Assembly: GCF_000195855.1 (NCBI RefSeq) | Contig: NC_002677.1 | Location: 1,530,001-1,562,000, forward strand | Reading direction: 5' to 3' | Source of the DNA: Mycobacterium leprae TN | GTDB taxonomy: Bacteria; Actinomycetota; Actinomycetes; Mycobacteriales; Mycobacteriaceae | DNA length: 32,000 nt | Part shown: one piece after another, positions 18,382-26,850 of the stretch | Numbering within the stretch: position 1 is the first letter of the stretch | Layout of the letters: each line of letters opens with the position of its first letter | Made by a program: the position numbers and the translations under genes | Notes under the pieces: generated by a model | Database searches by the model: none | What the model was told of the DNA's origin: nothing | The model's input: the letters and a program-made list of their open reading frames with translations, nothing else

Positions 18382-19180
18382 TGAGCATGAGGTGTTGCGG
18401 AACGGCGAACTGACGGTCCTTGGACGCATCCGTTCGGCCAGCAATGCCACTTTTTTGTGCGAATCCACGCTGGACCAGCGCAGCGTGCATTGCGTCTACA
18501 AGCCGGTTTCCGGTGAGCAGCCGCTGTGGGATTTTCCGGAAGGAACTTTAGCTGGCCGCGAACTGAGTGCATACCTGGTTTCGACTGACTTGGGGTGGAA
18601 TATTGTTCCCTATACGGTAATTCGTGACGGGCCGGCAGGTCCTGGCATGCTGCAGCTGTGGGTGCAACAGCCCGGTGACGTTGCCGACTCCGCTCCCCGG
18701 TCCGGGCCCGACATGGTTGACTTATTTCCCGCCGACAAGCTGCAGTCGGGGTATCTGCCGGTGTTGCGGTCCTACAACTATGCCGGCGACGAGGTCATCT
18801 TGATGCACGCCGACGACACCCAGTTGCGGCGACTGGCAGTATTCGACGTGTTGATCAACAACGCCGATCGTAAGGGTGGTCACATCCTTTACGGCCTCGA
18901 CGGCCACGTGTACGGGGTTGACCATGGTGTGTCTCTGCATGTCGAAGACAAATTGCGCACAGTGTTATGGGGTTGGGCCGGTAAGCCGATCGATAACCAA
19001 ACCCTAGAGGAGGTCGCCGGGTTGGCTGACGCCCTTAGCGGCCCGTTGGCCGATACGCTTGCCGGGCAGATTACCTGGGCAGAAATCATCGCTTTGCGTA
19101 GGCGTGCGTACGCGATGTTAGACAACCCGGTGATGCCCGGACCGAACCGGGATCGTGCCATTCCATGGCCGGCATTTTAA
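18362..19180 (+). CDS. SCO1664-family protein, PI3/4-kinase-like fold (Rv2133c-like)
   Basis: The ORF is intact. It starts [35 protein letters not shown], contains [14 protein letters not shown] and the catalytic-loop-like [17 protein letters not shown], then GVDHG. The start at ATG 18362 overlaps the DUF3090 ORF by 20 nt. The track ORF beginning at 18245 is an upstream read-through of the same frame. Confidence 0.85.
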   Translation: MMTPNGDEHEVLRNGELTVLGRIRSASNATFLCESTLDQRSVHCVYKPVSGEQPLWDFPEGTLAGRELSAYLVSTDLGWNIVPYTVIRDGPAGPGMLQLWVQQPGDVADSAPRSGPDMVDLFPADKLQSGYLPVLRSYNYAGDEVILMHADDTQLRRLAVFDVLINNADRKGGHILYGLDGHVYGVDHGVSLHVEDKLRTVLWGWAGKPIDNQTLEEVAGLADALSGPLADTLAGQITWAEIIALRRRAYAMLDNPVMPGPNRDRAIPWPAF

Positions 19181-19218
19181 GGACTAGCTGTGCCCTCGGC
19201 GATACTGAAGCGGTGAAC

Positions 19219-20034
19219 ATGGCCTCCCATGACAAAAGGGATTACCAGGCAGAGTTAACGGATGCTGCACTGGCTGCCGATCTCGCCACGGCAGCGGGGG
19301 AGTTACTCCTCGAAATTCGCGAGGAGATCGGTTTCGACCAACCGCGGGCGCTCGGCGATGCTGGTGACAGGCTGGCAAATTCCCTGCTGCTGAGCCGGCT
19401 GCGGGCCGAGCGCCCGGGTGATGCGGTACTCAGCGAGGAAGCACATGATGATCGTGTTCGGCTGCAGGCTGGCCGGGTATGGATCATCGACCCACTGGAT
19501 GGTACCCGCGAATTCTCCACAGCGGGGCGCACTGACTGGGCGGTACATATAGCGCTGTGGCAACGTACCACCGGCGGCGTCGCAGACGGCCGGCGCGAGA
19601 TCACTGATGCGGCGGTGGCGCTGCCGGCCCGCGGTAACAGGGTGTACCGCAGTGACACCGTGACCGCCGGCGCTGTGACTGGTGGTGTTCCCAACATTCT
19701 CCGGATTGCTGTCAGCGCCACCCGGCCGCCCACAATCTTGCACCGGATACGGCAAAAGTTGGCCATCGAACCGGTGGCTATCGGGTCGGCGGGGGCTAAA
19801 GCGATGGCGGTTGTCGACGGCGATGTGGACGCCTACCTGCATGTCGGGGGCCAATGGGAATGGGATTCGGCAGCGCCAGCCGGGGTGGTGTTGGCAGCCG
19901 GTATGCACGCATCGCGCCTGGACGGCTCGCCGCTGCGTTACAACCAGCTCGATCCGTATCTACCCGACTTTGTTATGTGTCGCGCCGATATCGCGCCGAT
20001 ACTGCTCGGTGTCATCCGTGAGGTGTGGCAATGA
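19219..20034 (+). CDS. cysQ: 3'-phosphoadenosine 5'-phosphate phosphatase, inositol monophosphatase family (CysQ)
   Basis: The ORF is intact and carries the [16 protein letters not shown] and [10 protein letters not shown] motifs of the IMPase/CysQ family. The ATG at 19219 is preferred. An in-frame GTG at 19213 and the maximal start at 19165 are alternatives. Confidence 0.9.
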   Translation: MASHDKRDYQAELTDAALAADLATAAGELLLEIREEIGFDQPRALGDAGDRLANSLLLSRLRAERPGDAVLSEEAHDDRVRLQAGRVWIIDPLDGTREFSTAGRTDWAVHIALWQRTTGGVADGRREITDAAVALPARGNRVYRSDTVTAGAVTGGVPNILRIAVSATRPPTILHRIRQKLAIEPVAIGSAGAKAMAVVDGDVDAYLHVGGQWEWDSAAPAGVVLAAGMHASRLDGSPLRYNQLDPYLPDFVMCRADIAPILLGVIREVWQ

Positions 20035-20136
20035 ACCGCCTTCGCGTGCGCCAAGATTGCCATGAGGGCTGTGGTGTGGGTGGGAACCACGATCATCGTG
20101 GCAATTTCGTTGGATGCTTGGCTTAAAGTCAACGAC

Positions 20137-21384
20137 ATGCTGTCGTGGTCTTTCGCACAGGTTCCGGCGTTGCCGGGCCGCGGCCCGGAGCTCAGGCTGT
20201 ACGACACCTCTGATCGACAGGTACGTCCGGTGTCCGCTGCTGTTGCGCCCACTTGCAAGGCGACCATGTACGTCTGCGGGATCACTCCGTATGACGCCAC
20301 TCATCTGGGCCACGCCGCAACCTATTTGGCATTCGACCTGATCCACCGACTATGGCTGGACTTGGGTCACGAGGTGCATTATGTGCAGAACGTCACCGAT
20401 GTTGACGATCCGTTGTTTGAACGCGCTGATCGTAACGGGGTCGATTGGCGCGACCTCGCCGAACGCGAGGTCGCGCTGTTCCGCGATGATATGGCATCGT
20501 TGCGGATACTGCCGCCGCATGACTACGTGGCGGCGACTGAAACGATTGTCGAGATCGTCGAACTAGTCGACAAGATGCTGGTTTCGGGGGCCGCGTATGT
20601 CATCGACGACGAGTACCCGGACATTTACTTCCGAGCTGATGCAACGCTGCAGTTCGGCTACGAGTCAGGCTATGACCGAGACACCATGCTACGATTGTAC
20701 GAGCAAAGCGGCGGTGATCCGCGCCGGCCTGGAAAAAACGGCGAGCTTGACGCATTGCTGTGGCGGGCTGCACGACCCGGCGAGCCCAGTTGGTCGTCAC
20801 CGTTCGGTCCGGGACGGCCGGGCTGGCACGTCGAATGCGCGGCAATTGCGCTCAGCCGTATCGGCATCGGCCTGGACATTCAGGGCGGGGGCAGCGACCT
20901 GATCTTTCCGCATCACGAGTTCACCGCGGCGCATGCTGAATGCGTCAGAGGTGAACGGCGATTCGCCCGGCACTACGTGCACGCTGGGATGATCGGCTGG
21001 GACGAACACAAGATGTCTAAGAGCCGCGGCAACCTGGTGCTGGTGTCGACGCTGCGCGCTCAAGGCGCCCCGCCCTCGGCTATCCGGCTGGGTCTGCTAG
21101 CCGGGCATTATCGTGCTGACAGGTTTTGGAGTTCGCAGCTGCTAGACGATGCTATCGCCCGGTTGCATCGCTGGCGCACCGCTGCCTCGATGCCCGCCGG
21201 TCCGGACGTCGCTGACGTTATTGCCCGGGTGCGCGGGTATTTGGCTGACGATCTTGACACTCCTAAAGCGATTGCTGCATTGGATGGTTGGGTAACCGAT
21301 GCGCTGGAGTACGGAGGCCACGATGCGGCGGCGCCAAAGTTGCTGGCAACCGCGATCGATGCGTTGCTGGGGGTGGACCTGTAA
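20137..21384 (+). CDS. mshC: Cysteine:1D-myo-inosityl 2-amino-2-deoxy-alpha-D-glucopyranoside ligase (mycothiol ligase MshC; CysRS paralog)
   Basis: The ORF is intact and carries the class I aaRS motifs [11 protein letters not shown] (HIGH) and KMSKSRGN. The N-terminus [32 protein letters not shown] and the absence of an anticodon-binding extension fit MshC. The ATG at 20137 gives 415 aa. The maximal ORF starts at 20062. Confidence 0.93.
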   Translation: MLSWSFAQVPALPGRGPELRLYDTSDRQVRPVSAAVAPTCKATMYVCGITPYDATHLGHAATYLAFDLIHRLWLDLGHEVHYVQNVTDVDDPLFERADRNGVDWRDLAEREVALFRDDMASLRILPPHDYVAATETIVEIVELVDKMLVSGAAYVIDDEYPDIYFRADATLQFGYESGYDRDTMLRLYEQSGGDPRRPGKNGELDALLWRAARPGEPSWSSPFGPGRPGWHVECAAIALSRIGIGLDIQGGGSDLIFPHHEFTAAHAECVRGERRFARHYVHAGMIGWDEHKMSKSRGNLVLVSTLRAQGAPPSAIRLGLLAGHYRADRFWSSQLLDDAIARLHRWRTAASMPAGPDVADVIARVRGYLADDLDTPKAIAALDGWVTDALEYGGHDAAAPKLLATAIDALLGVDL

Positions 21385-21400
21385 TGGTCGCAGAGGCAAA

Positions 21401-22245
21401 GTGCGGTTTTCGGCCACGACATCGTTGCACGGCAAAGTCATGTTCATCACGGGTGGTGCCCAGGTGAATCGGCGCACAGCTGGCTTGTCGGCTACACGGT
21501 ATAAAGGCGCCAAACTTGCACTGATCGATCTGGACAAAGTCTAGTAGCTAGTTTACCGTGGTTGCTGAGGTGCGAGATCCGTGCGCCTTGCAAGCCACAT
21601 CCGAGCAGGTCATAAACGTTCCGGCGGTATTGACGTGGTGGTAGCCAACGCGGGTATAGCTAGCTACGGTTTTGTCCTGTGGGTCGACCCGGTGGTGTTC
21701 CAGTGAGTGTTAGATGTTAATTTATTTGGTGTTTTTATACACGGTGCGTGCCACATTGTCGGTGTTGATCGACCGCTGAAGTTATCTGCTGATAATCTCG
21801 TCGATGGCCGCCTTCACGAATGCCATCGGGGATGATGCCTTACAATGTGTCAAAAGGCAGGCAATGACATTTCGCCAACTCTGTGCGAATGGAGATTGGT
21901 CCGCTCAGTGTCGGCGTAGATACGGGCCCACATGTCGTAGATCGATACCCCGCTGGTTCGCGACACCGAGGACGACCTACCCGGCATTTGGCTAACTGCT
22001 TGCAGCACTACCCTGACCGTTCCGTTCCACAAGACCAGCACGGTGGATTGGTGCGCTACGGCGTTTGTTCTAGGGCACCGGAGGCCGGAAGGACCACGTG
22101 TATGACCCGGGTTGGGGGTTTGTTCGGCTGGATCAAACCGGTTTTACCCACTCGGATAGGTAGATACTGCCCGTCCGAAAAATTTCTGCTGATCTGGTGT
22201 TGTACATGGATGCCGAGATTGTCGCGCTCGGTCGCTCCACCTTAG
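21401..22245 (+). pseudogene. Short-chain dehydrogenase/reductase pseudogene (Rv2129c position)
   Basis: Plus-strand pieces read VRFSATTSLHGKVMFITGGAQ..GAKLALIDLDKV**, then GGIDVVVANAGIASYGFVLWVDPVVFQ*VLDVNLFGVF, then IDTPLVRDTEDD. The Rossmann TGxxxGxG and NAG motifs are recognisable but broken by stops and frameshifts. Confidence 0.7.
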
Positions 22246-22518
22246 CGCATACAACTGGAGGACTTAGCGAAATCCTAAAGGTGCCCGTTCCGGGGCTCGA
22301 ACGGTTGTCAGGAAGGGGCGCGGAAAGCGAGCGCGGACCCCGATAACCGAGGTGAGCGCAGCCGCGGCATAACCAATCAGTGACCACCAGCTGGCGTGCC
22401 AGTATGCGGTAACCACGACGATAGTGATGGTTCAGAAGATCATGGCCATTCCGTACAGTGGTGACTGACTGGCGTATCGGTTGCGGACGATCAATCCAAC
22501 TCGTGCGAGAGTCAGTCG

Positions 22519-24015
22519 TCAGTCTGAGGATTTCACCGGTGGGTTGGCGATCGCCGGGAAAGGTCCGGTATAGCCCATTCTTTCACGGGCGATGGTCATC
22601 ACGCGCTTGCGTATTGAGTACCAGCCTGCAATCAAGGCTGGGACGATAACGATCAGTGACGCTACTGTCCAGGTGCCGATCGGTTTGTCGAACGCCATCA
22701 CAACCAGTACCGCGAACAAGAAGGCCAAAGTGAGGTAGCCACTGTATGGGGCCAGCGGCATGCGAAAGCGGGGTCGGCGCATGATCCCGGCTTTGGCCAT
22801 CTTGTGTAGTCGAAGCTGGCACAGTACGATTGTTCCCCACCCGGCGATGATGCCCAGTGCGGCGACGCTGAGCACGATCTCGAAGGCTTGACCGGGGTTG
22901 AAGGCGTTTAGTGCGACACCGCACAGGCAGATGACGGCGGCTAAAAGAATTCCGCCATATGGCACACCATTTTTCGACATTCGCGCGGTGAACTTCGGTC
23001 CGCTACCATTTATCGCGATCGAGTGCATGACACGGCCGGTTGCGTACAGTCCGGCGTTGAGGCTGGACAGCGCGGCGGTGAGCACTACGATGTTCATCAG
23101 ATCGCCGGCGCCGTAGAACCCAACCTTGGAGAAGAACGTGACGAACGGGCTTTCGCTGGCCTTGAATGCGCTGTAGGGCAGCAACAATGCCAGCAGAATC
23201 ACCGATCCGACGTAGAAGATCGCGATGCGAGCGATTACCGAGTTGATCGCTCGCGGCATGATTTTTTTCGGCTCGACGGTTTCACCTGCTGCGGTGCCGA
23301 CCAGTTCGACGGCAGCGTAGGCGAACATCACTCCGGAGCTGACAACTATTAGCTGCGCTACGCCGGTGGGGAACAATCCGCCGTGACTAGTCCAGAGGCT
23401 TAACCCAGTGTTGTGCCCGTCGACCGGGTAACGCCCGCCGAGGAAGATAGTTCCTACGACCAAAAATGCCATCAGCGCGCAAACCTTGATCAGCGCGGCC
23501 CAAAATTCGAGCTCGCCGAACCATTCCACGGAGATCAGGTTCATTACCAACACCACCGCCAGGGCGAGCAGCGCAAGAGTCCATTGTGGCAACGCCGTGA
23601 AGATTGTCCAGCGATGCAGGTAGGTGGCGATGGCAGTGGTGTCCACGATCGCTGTCATCGCCCAGTCCAGGAAGTACAACCAGCCGACGACGTAGGCGGC
23701 TTTCTCGCCGAAGAACTCACGTGCGTAAGACACGAAGGATCCCGATGAAGGACGATGCAGCACCAGCTCGCCCAGTGCGCGCAGTATCAGGAAGACGAAC
23801 ACCCCGCAGACGGCATACACCAGGAACAATCCGGGCCCGGCCTTGGCCAGCCGGCCGCCGGCGCCGAGGAACAACCCGGTACCGATCGCGCCGCCGATCC
23901 CGATCATCTGCAGTTGTCGAGGTTTGAGCCCCTTGTGGTAACCAGCCTCCTCGCCGAGGACACCAGCTCTCGACGCGCCGGATTTTGGTTCGGGGCTCTC
24001 AGCCAGTGTGGCCAT
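22519..24015 (-). CDS. ansP: APC-family amino-acid permease, AnsP-like (copy A, 498 aa)
   Basis: The ORF is intact. It carries the N-terminal signature [24 protein letters not shown] and about 12 hydrophobic segments. AGGAC lies 8 nt before the ATG. It ends ...ANPPVKSSD*. It carries Gln in [11 protein letters not shown]. Confidence 0.9.
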   Translation of the reverse strand: MATLAESPEPKSGASRAGVLGEEAGYHKGLKPRQLQMIGIGGAIGTGLFLGAGGRLAKAGPGLFLVYAVCGVFVFLILRALGELVLHRPSSGSFVSYAREFFGEKAAYVVGWLYFLDWAMTAIVDTTAIATYLHRWTIFTALPQWTLALLALAVVLVMNLISVEWFGELEFWAALIKVCALMAFLVVGTIFLGGRYPVDGHNTGLSLWTSHGGLFPTGVAQLIVVSSGVMFAYAAVELVGTAAGETVEPKKIMPRAINSVIARIAIFYVGSVILLALLLPYSAFKASESPFVTFFSKVGFYGAGDLMNIVVLTAALSSLNAGLYATGRVMHSIAINGSGPKFTARMSKNGVPYGGILLAAVICLCGVALNAFNPGQAFEIVLSVAALGIIAGWGTIVLCQLRLHKMAKAGIMRRPRFRMPLAPYSGYLTLAFLFAVLVVMAFDKPIGTWTVASLIVIVPALIAGWYSIRKRVMTIARERMGYTGPFPAIANPPVKSSD

Positions 24016-25751
24016 ACATGGGGTCCTAATCGTTGTCCTACCGGAGTTCGGTGGGCTTGCCGCGAATCGTGAAGACAGGGTTAGTGTGCAATTTGGTCGT
24101 GAGGTTGTACTGATTTCTTAGGTTAGGGGAACTCGACCGCAATAGGCCTAGTAACTGTGTTGATCTACGGATTCTGGCTATGGGATCGTTCTGATGGTTG
24201 CACCGGTGGGTTGGCGATCGCCGGGAAAGGTCCGGTATAGCCCATTCTTTCACGGGCGATGGTCATCACGCGCTTGCGTATTGAGTACCAGCCTGCAATC
24301 AAGGCTGGGACGATAACGATCAGTGACGCTACTGTCCAGGTGCCGATCGGTTTGTCGAACGCCATCACAACCAGTACCGCGAACAAGAAGGCCAAAGTGA
24401 GGTAGCCACTGTATGGGGCCAGCGGCATGCGAAAGCGGGGTCGGCGCATGATCCCGGCTTTGGCCATCTTGTGTAGTCGAAGCTGGCACAGTACGATTGT
24501 TCCCCACCCGGCGATGATGCCCAGTGCGGCGACGCTGAGCACGATCTCGAAGGCTTGACCGGGGTTGAAGGCGTTTAGTGCGACACCGCACAGGCAGATG
24601 ACGGCGGCTAAAAGAATTCCGCCATATGGCACACCATTTTTCGACATTCGCGCGGTGAACTTCGGTCCGCTACCATTTATCGCGATCGAGTGCATGACAC
24701 GGCCGGTTGCGTACAGTCCGGCGTTGAGGCTGGACAGCGCGGCGGTGAGCACTACGATGTTCATCAGATCGCCGGCGCCGTAGAACCCAACCTTGGAGAA
24801 GAACGTGACGAACGGGCTTTCGCTGGCCTTGAATGCGCTGTAGGGCAGCAACAATGCCAGCAGAATCACCGATCCGACGTAGAAGATCGCGATGCGAGCG
24901 ATTACCGAGTTGATCGCTCGCGGCATGATTTTTTTCGGCTCGACGGTTTCACCTGCTGCGGTGCCGACCAGTTCGACGGCAGCGTAGGCGAACATCACTC
25001 CGGAGCTGACAACTATTAGCGGCGCTACGCCGGTGGGGAACAATCCGCCGTGACTAGTCCAGAGGCTTAACCCAGTGTTGTGCCCGTCGACCGGGTAACG
25101 CCCGCCGAGGAAGATAGTTCCTACGACCAAAAATGCCATCAGCGCGCAAACCTTGATCAGCGCGGCCCAAAATTCGAGCTCGCCGAACCATTCCACGGAG
25201 ATCAGGTTCATTACCAACACCACCGCCAGGGCGAGCAGCGCAAGAGTCCATTGTGGCAACGCCGTGAAGATTGTCCAGCGATGCAGGTAGGTGGCGATGG
25301 CAGTGGTGTCCACGATCGCTGTCATCGCCCAGTCCAGGAAGTACAACCAGCCGACGACGTAGGCGGCTTTCTCGCCGAAGAACTCACGTGCGTAAGACAC
25401 GAAGGATCCCGATGAAGGACGATGCAGCACCAGCTCGCCCAGTGCGCGCAGTATCAGGAAGACGAACACCCCGCAGACGGCATACACCAGGAACAATCCG
25501 GGCCCGGCCTTGGCCAGCCGGCCGCCGGCGCCGAGGAACAACCCGGTACCGATCGCGCCGCCGATCCCGATCATCTGCAGTTGTCGAGGTTTGAGCCCCT
25601 TGTGGTAACCAGCCTCCTCGCCGAGGACACCAGCTCTCGACGCGCCGGATTTTGGTTCGGGGCTCTCAGCCAGTGTGGCCATACATGGGGTCCTAATCGT
25701 TGTCCTACCGGAGTTCGGTGGGCTTGCCGCGAATCGTGAAGACAGGGTTAG
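22534..25751. repeat. Direct repeat of 2 x 1551 bp (22534-24084 and 24201-25751) separated by a 116-nt unique junction
   Basis: The two copies align at a constant +1667 offset. Side-by-side reading shows one mismatch (23354 T versus 25021 G). All nested six-frame ORFs recur with identical translations. Confidence 0.97.
24165..25682 (-). CDS. ansP: APC-family amino-acid permease, AnsP-like (copy B, 505 aa)
   Basis: The ORF is intact. It is identical to copy A except for Pro in [11 protein letters not shown] and a different C-terminal tail, ...[16 protein letters not shown]. Confidence 0.9.
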   Translation of the reverse strand: MATLAESPEPKSGASRAGVLGEEAGYHKGLKPRQLQMIGIGGAIGTGLFLGAGGRLAKAGPGLFLVYAVCGVFVFLILRALGELVLHRPSSGSFVSYAREFFGEKAAYVVGWLYFLDWAMTAIVDTTAIATYLHRWTIFTALPQWTLALLALAVVLVMNLISVEWFGELEFWAALIKVCALMAFLVVGTIFLGGRYPVDGHNTGLSLWTSHGGLFPTGVAPLIVVSSGVMFAYAAVELVGTAAGETVEPKKIMPRAINSVIARIAIFYVGSVILLALLLPYSAFKASESPFVTFFSKVGFYGAGDLMNIVVLTAALSSLNAGLYATGRVMHSIAINGSGPKFTARMSKNGVPYGGILLAAVICLCGVALNAFNPGQAFEIVLSVAALGIIAGWGTIVLCQLRLHKMAKAGIMRRPRFRMPLAPYSGYLTLAFLFAVLVVMAFDKPIGTWTVASLIVIVPALIAGWYSIRKRVMTIARERMGYTGPFPAIANPPVQPSERSHSQNP

Positions 25752-25818
25752 CTAGCGATCTTTTCCTACTCAAACGGATGACGGCAAATTGTGCGGACAC
25801 CATGGTCTCAGCCAGTGC

Positions 25819-26772
25819 CTACCGCCCGAATCCCGGGCGCCGCCTACGTAGATAGCGTTCGAACTCGGCTGCCAGCGCGTCGCCATCGATCTTGCCCAAC
25901 GCATCATTTACATCGACCTCGGCGTCGCCGCGCTGCTCCAGTGAATGCACGTATTCGGCCAGCTCATCGTCCTCGGCAGCTATCTCGGTGATTGCCTGTT
26001 CCCAGTCCTCGGCTTGCGTCGGCAGATCAGCTAACGGGACTTCGACGTCGAGCACGTCTTCTACGCGGCGCAGCAGCGCGACTGTCGCTTTCGGGTTGGG
26101 TGGGTGCGACACATAGTGGGGCACCGCTGCCCAGAACATCACCGCCGGTATCCTGGCCGCTACGCAGGCGTCTTGGAACACCCCGGCGATCCCTGTAGGG
26201 CCCTCGTAACGGGTTTCCTCCAGACCGAAGCGCCGCGCCGACTCCGGTGAGTAGGCCGCACCCGAGACTGGCACCGGCCGAGTATGCGGGGTGTCGGCCA
26301 GCAACGCTCCGAGAATCACGACAGTGTCGACGTTGAGCCTGTCCGCGATGGTCAGCAACTCAGTGCAGAAGGTGCGCCAGCGCATGTTTGGCTCTACTCC
26401 GTGCATCAACACCACATTGCGGTCACTGCCCGGTGGGCGACAGTATGAGATCCGCATCGCTGGCCACACCAGCTCCCGAGTAACTCCATCGACCTGGCGG
26501 ATGACCGGGCGATTCACTTGGTAGTCGTAGTAGGCCTCGTCGTCGATCTCCACAATCGGATCGGCTTCCCAGACGGCATTCAGATGCTCTAGGGCTCCGC
26601 TGGCCGCATCGCTGGCATCGTTCCAACCCTCAAACGCTGCCACGACAACGGTGTTGTGCAGTTCGGGCAGCGCGCCACGATCCGGCCCACCATCTCGCAA
26701 AGTCACAGAATCAGCGTACGGCTTTAAGGCTGACGACGATGCGTGTCGTGTAACGGCTCGATGAGGGGGCAC
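25819..26772 (-). CDS. PAC2-family (proteasome-assembly-chaperone-like) conserved protein, Rv2125-like
   Basis: The ORF is intact and reads VVVAAFEGWNDASDAASGALEHL...VLMHGVEPNMRWRTFC...YEGPTGIAGV...AAVPHYVS..PNPKA. The maximal ORF (GTG 26772) is 317 aa. An in-frame GTG at 26706 (VTLRDGGPD...) gives 295 aa and may be the true start. Confidence 0.85.
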   Translation of the reverse strand: MPPHRAVTRHASSSALKPYADSVTLRDGGPDRGALPELHNTVVVAAFEGWNDASDAASGALEHLNAVWEADPIVEIDDEAYYDYQVNRPVIRQVDGVTRELVWPAMRISYCRPPGSDRNVVLMHGVEPNMRWRTFCTELLTIADRLNVDTVVILGALLADTPHTRPVPVSGAAYSPESARRFGLEETRYEGPTGIAGVFQDACVAARIPAVMFWAAVPHYVSHPPNPKATVALLRRVEDVLDVEVPLADLPTQAEDWEQAITEIAAEDDELAEYVHSLEQRGDAEVDVNDALGKIDGDALAAEFERYLRRRRPGFGR

Positions 26773-26850
26773 TTCACCGTACGTACGAGGTACTGCGGGG
26801 CAGTATTAGGTAACTAAGCGATTTGTATAGGTCCACTATCCTTATGCCTT

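Noticed and set aside
19242-19908. 174-aa and 201-aa minus-strand ORFs antisense to cysQ.
   Set aside because: They are antisense artefacts of a GC-rich gene with no motifs, and the cysQ frame carries clear IMPase signatures.
22264-22449. Small hydrophobic minus-strand frame (MAMIF*TITIVVVTAYWHASWWSLIGYAAAALTSVIGV...) at the position of Rv2128.
   Set aside because: There is an in-frame TGA after 5 codons and I do not remember the Rv2128 sequence well enough to confirm homology. It is possibly a pseudogene but is not supportable from sequence alone.
24118-24136. TTAGGTTAGGggAACtcgA in the ansP junction, whose left half is a perfect IdeR half-site (10/10).
   Set aside because: The right half matches only 4 of 9 positions (14/19 overall) and the palindrome is broken. 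That is not enough to call an operator. It is noted only as a possible clue to the origin of the junction DNA.
22583-25739. Pairs of identical 65-113 aa ORFs on both strands (for example 22583-22924 and 24250-24591, or 23413-23748 and 25080-25415) that look like a repeated gene set.
   Set aside because: They are nested or antisense frames inside the two ansP copies. They recur only because they ride on the 1551-bp repeat and are not independent genes.
22534-25751. Possibility that the ansP duplication is an engineered or artificial insertion rather than biology.
   Set aside because: Both copies sit in native synteny and have native codon usage and GC content. The junction has no vector-like sequence. 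An assembly artefact cannot be excluded from the sequence alone, and that caveat is listed under the finding.
26773-26850. Looked for a cobalamin or SAM riboswitch upstream of metH.
   Set aside because: Only 78 nt separate metH from the divergent PAC2-family gene, and no B12-box-like or conserved stem architecture is visible.
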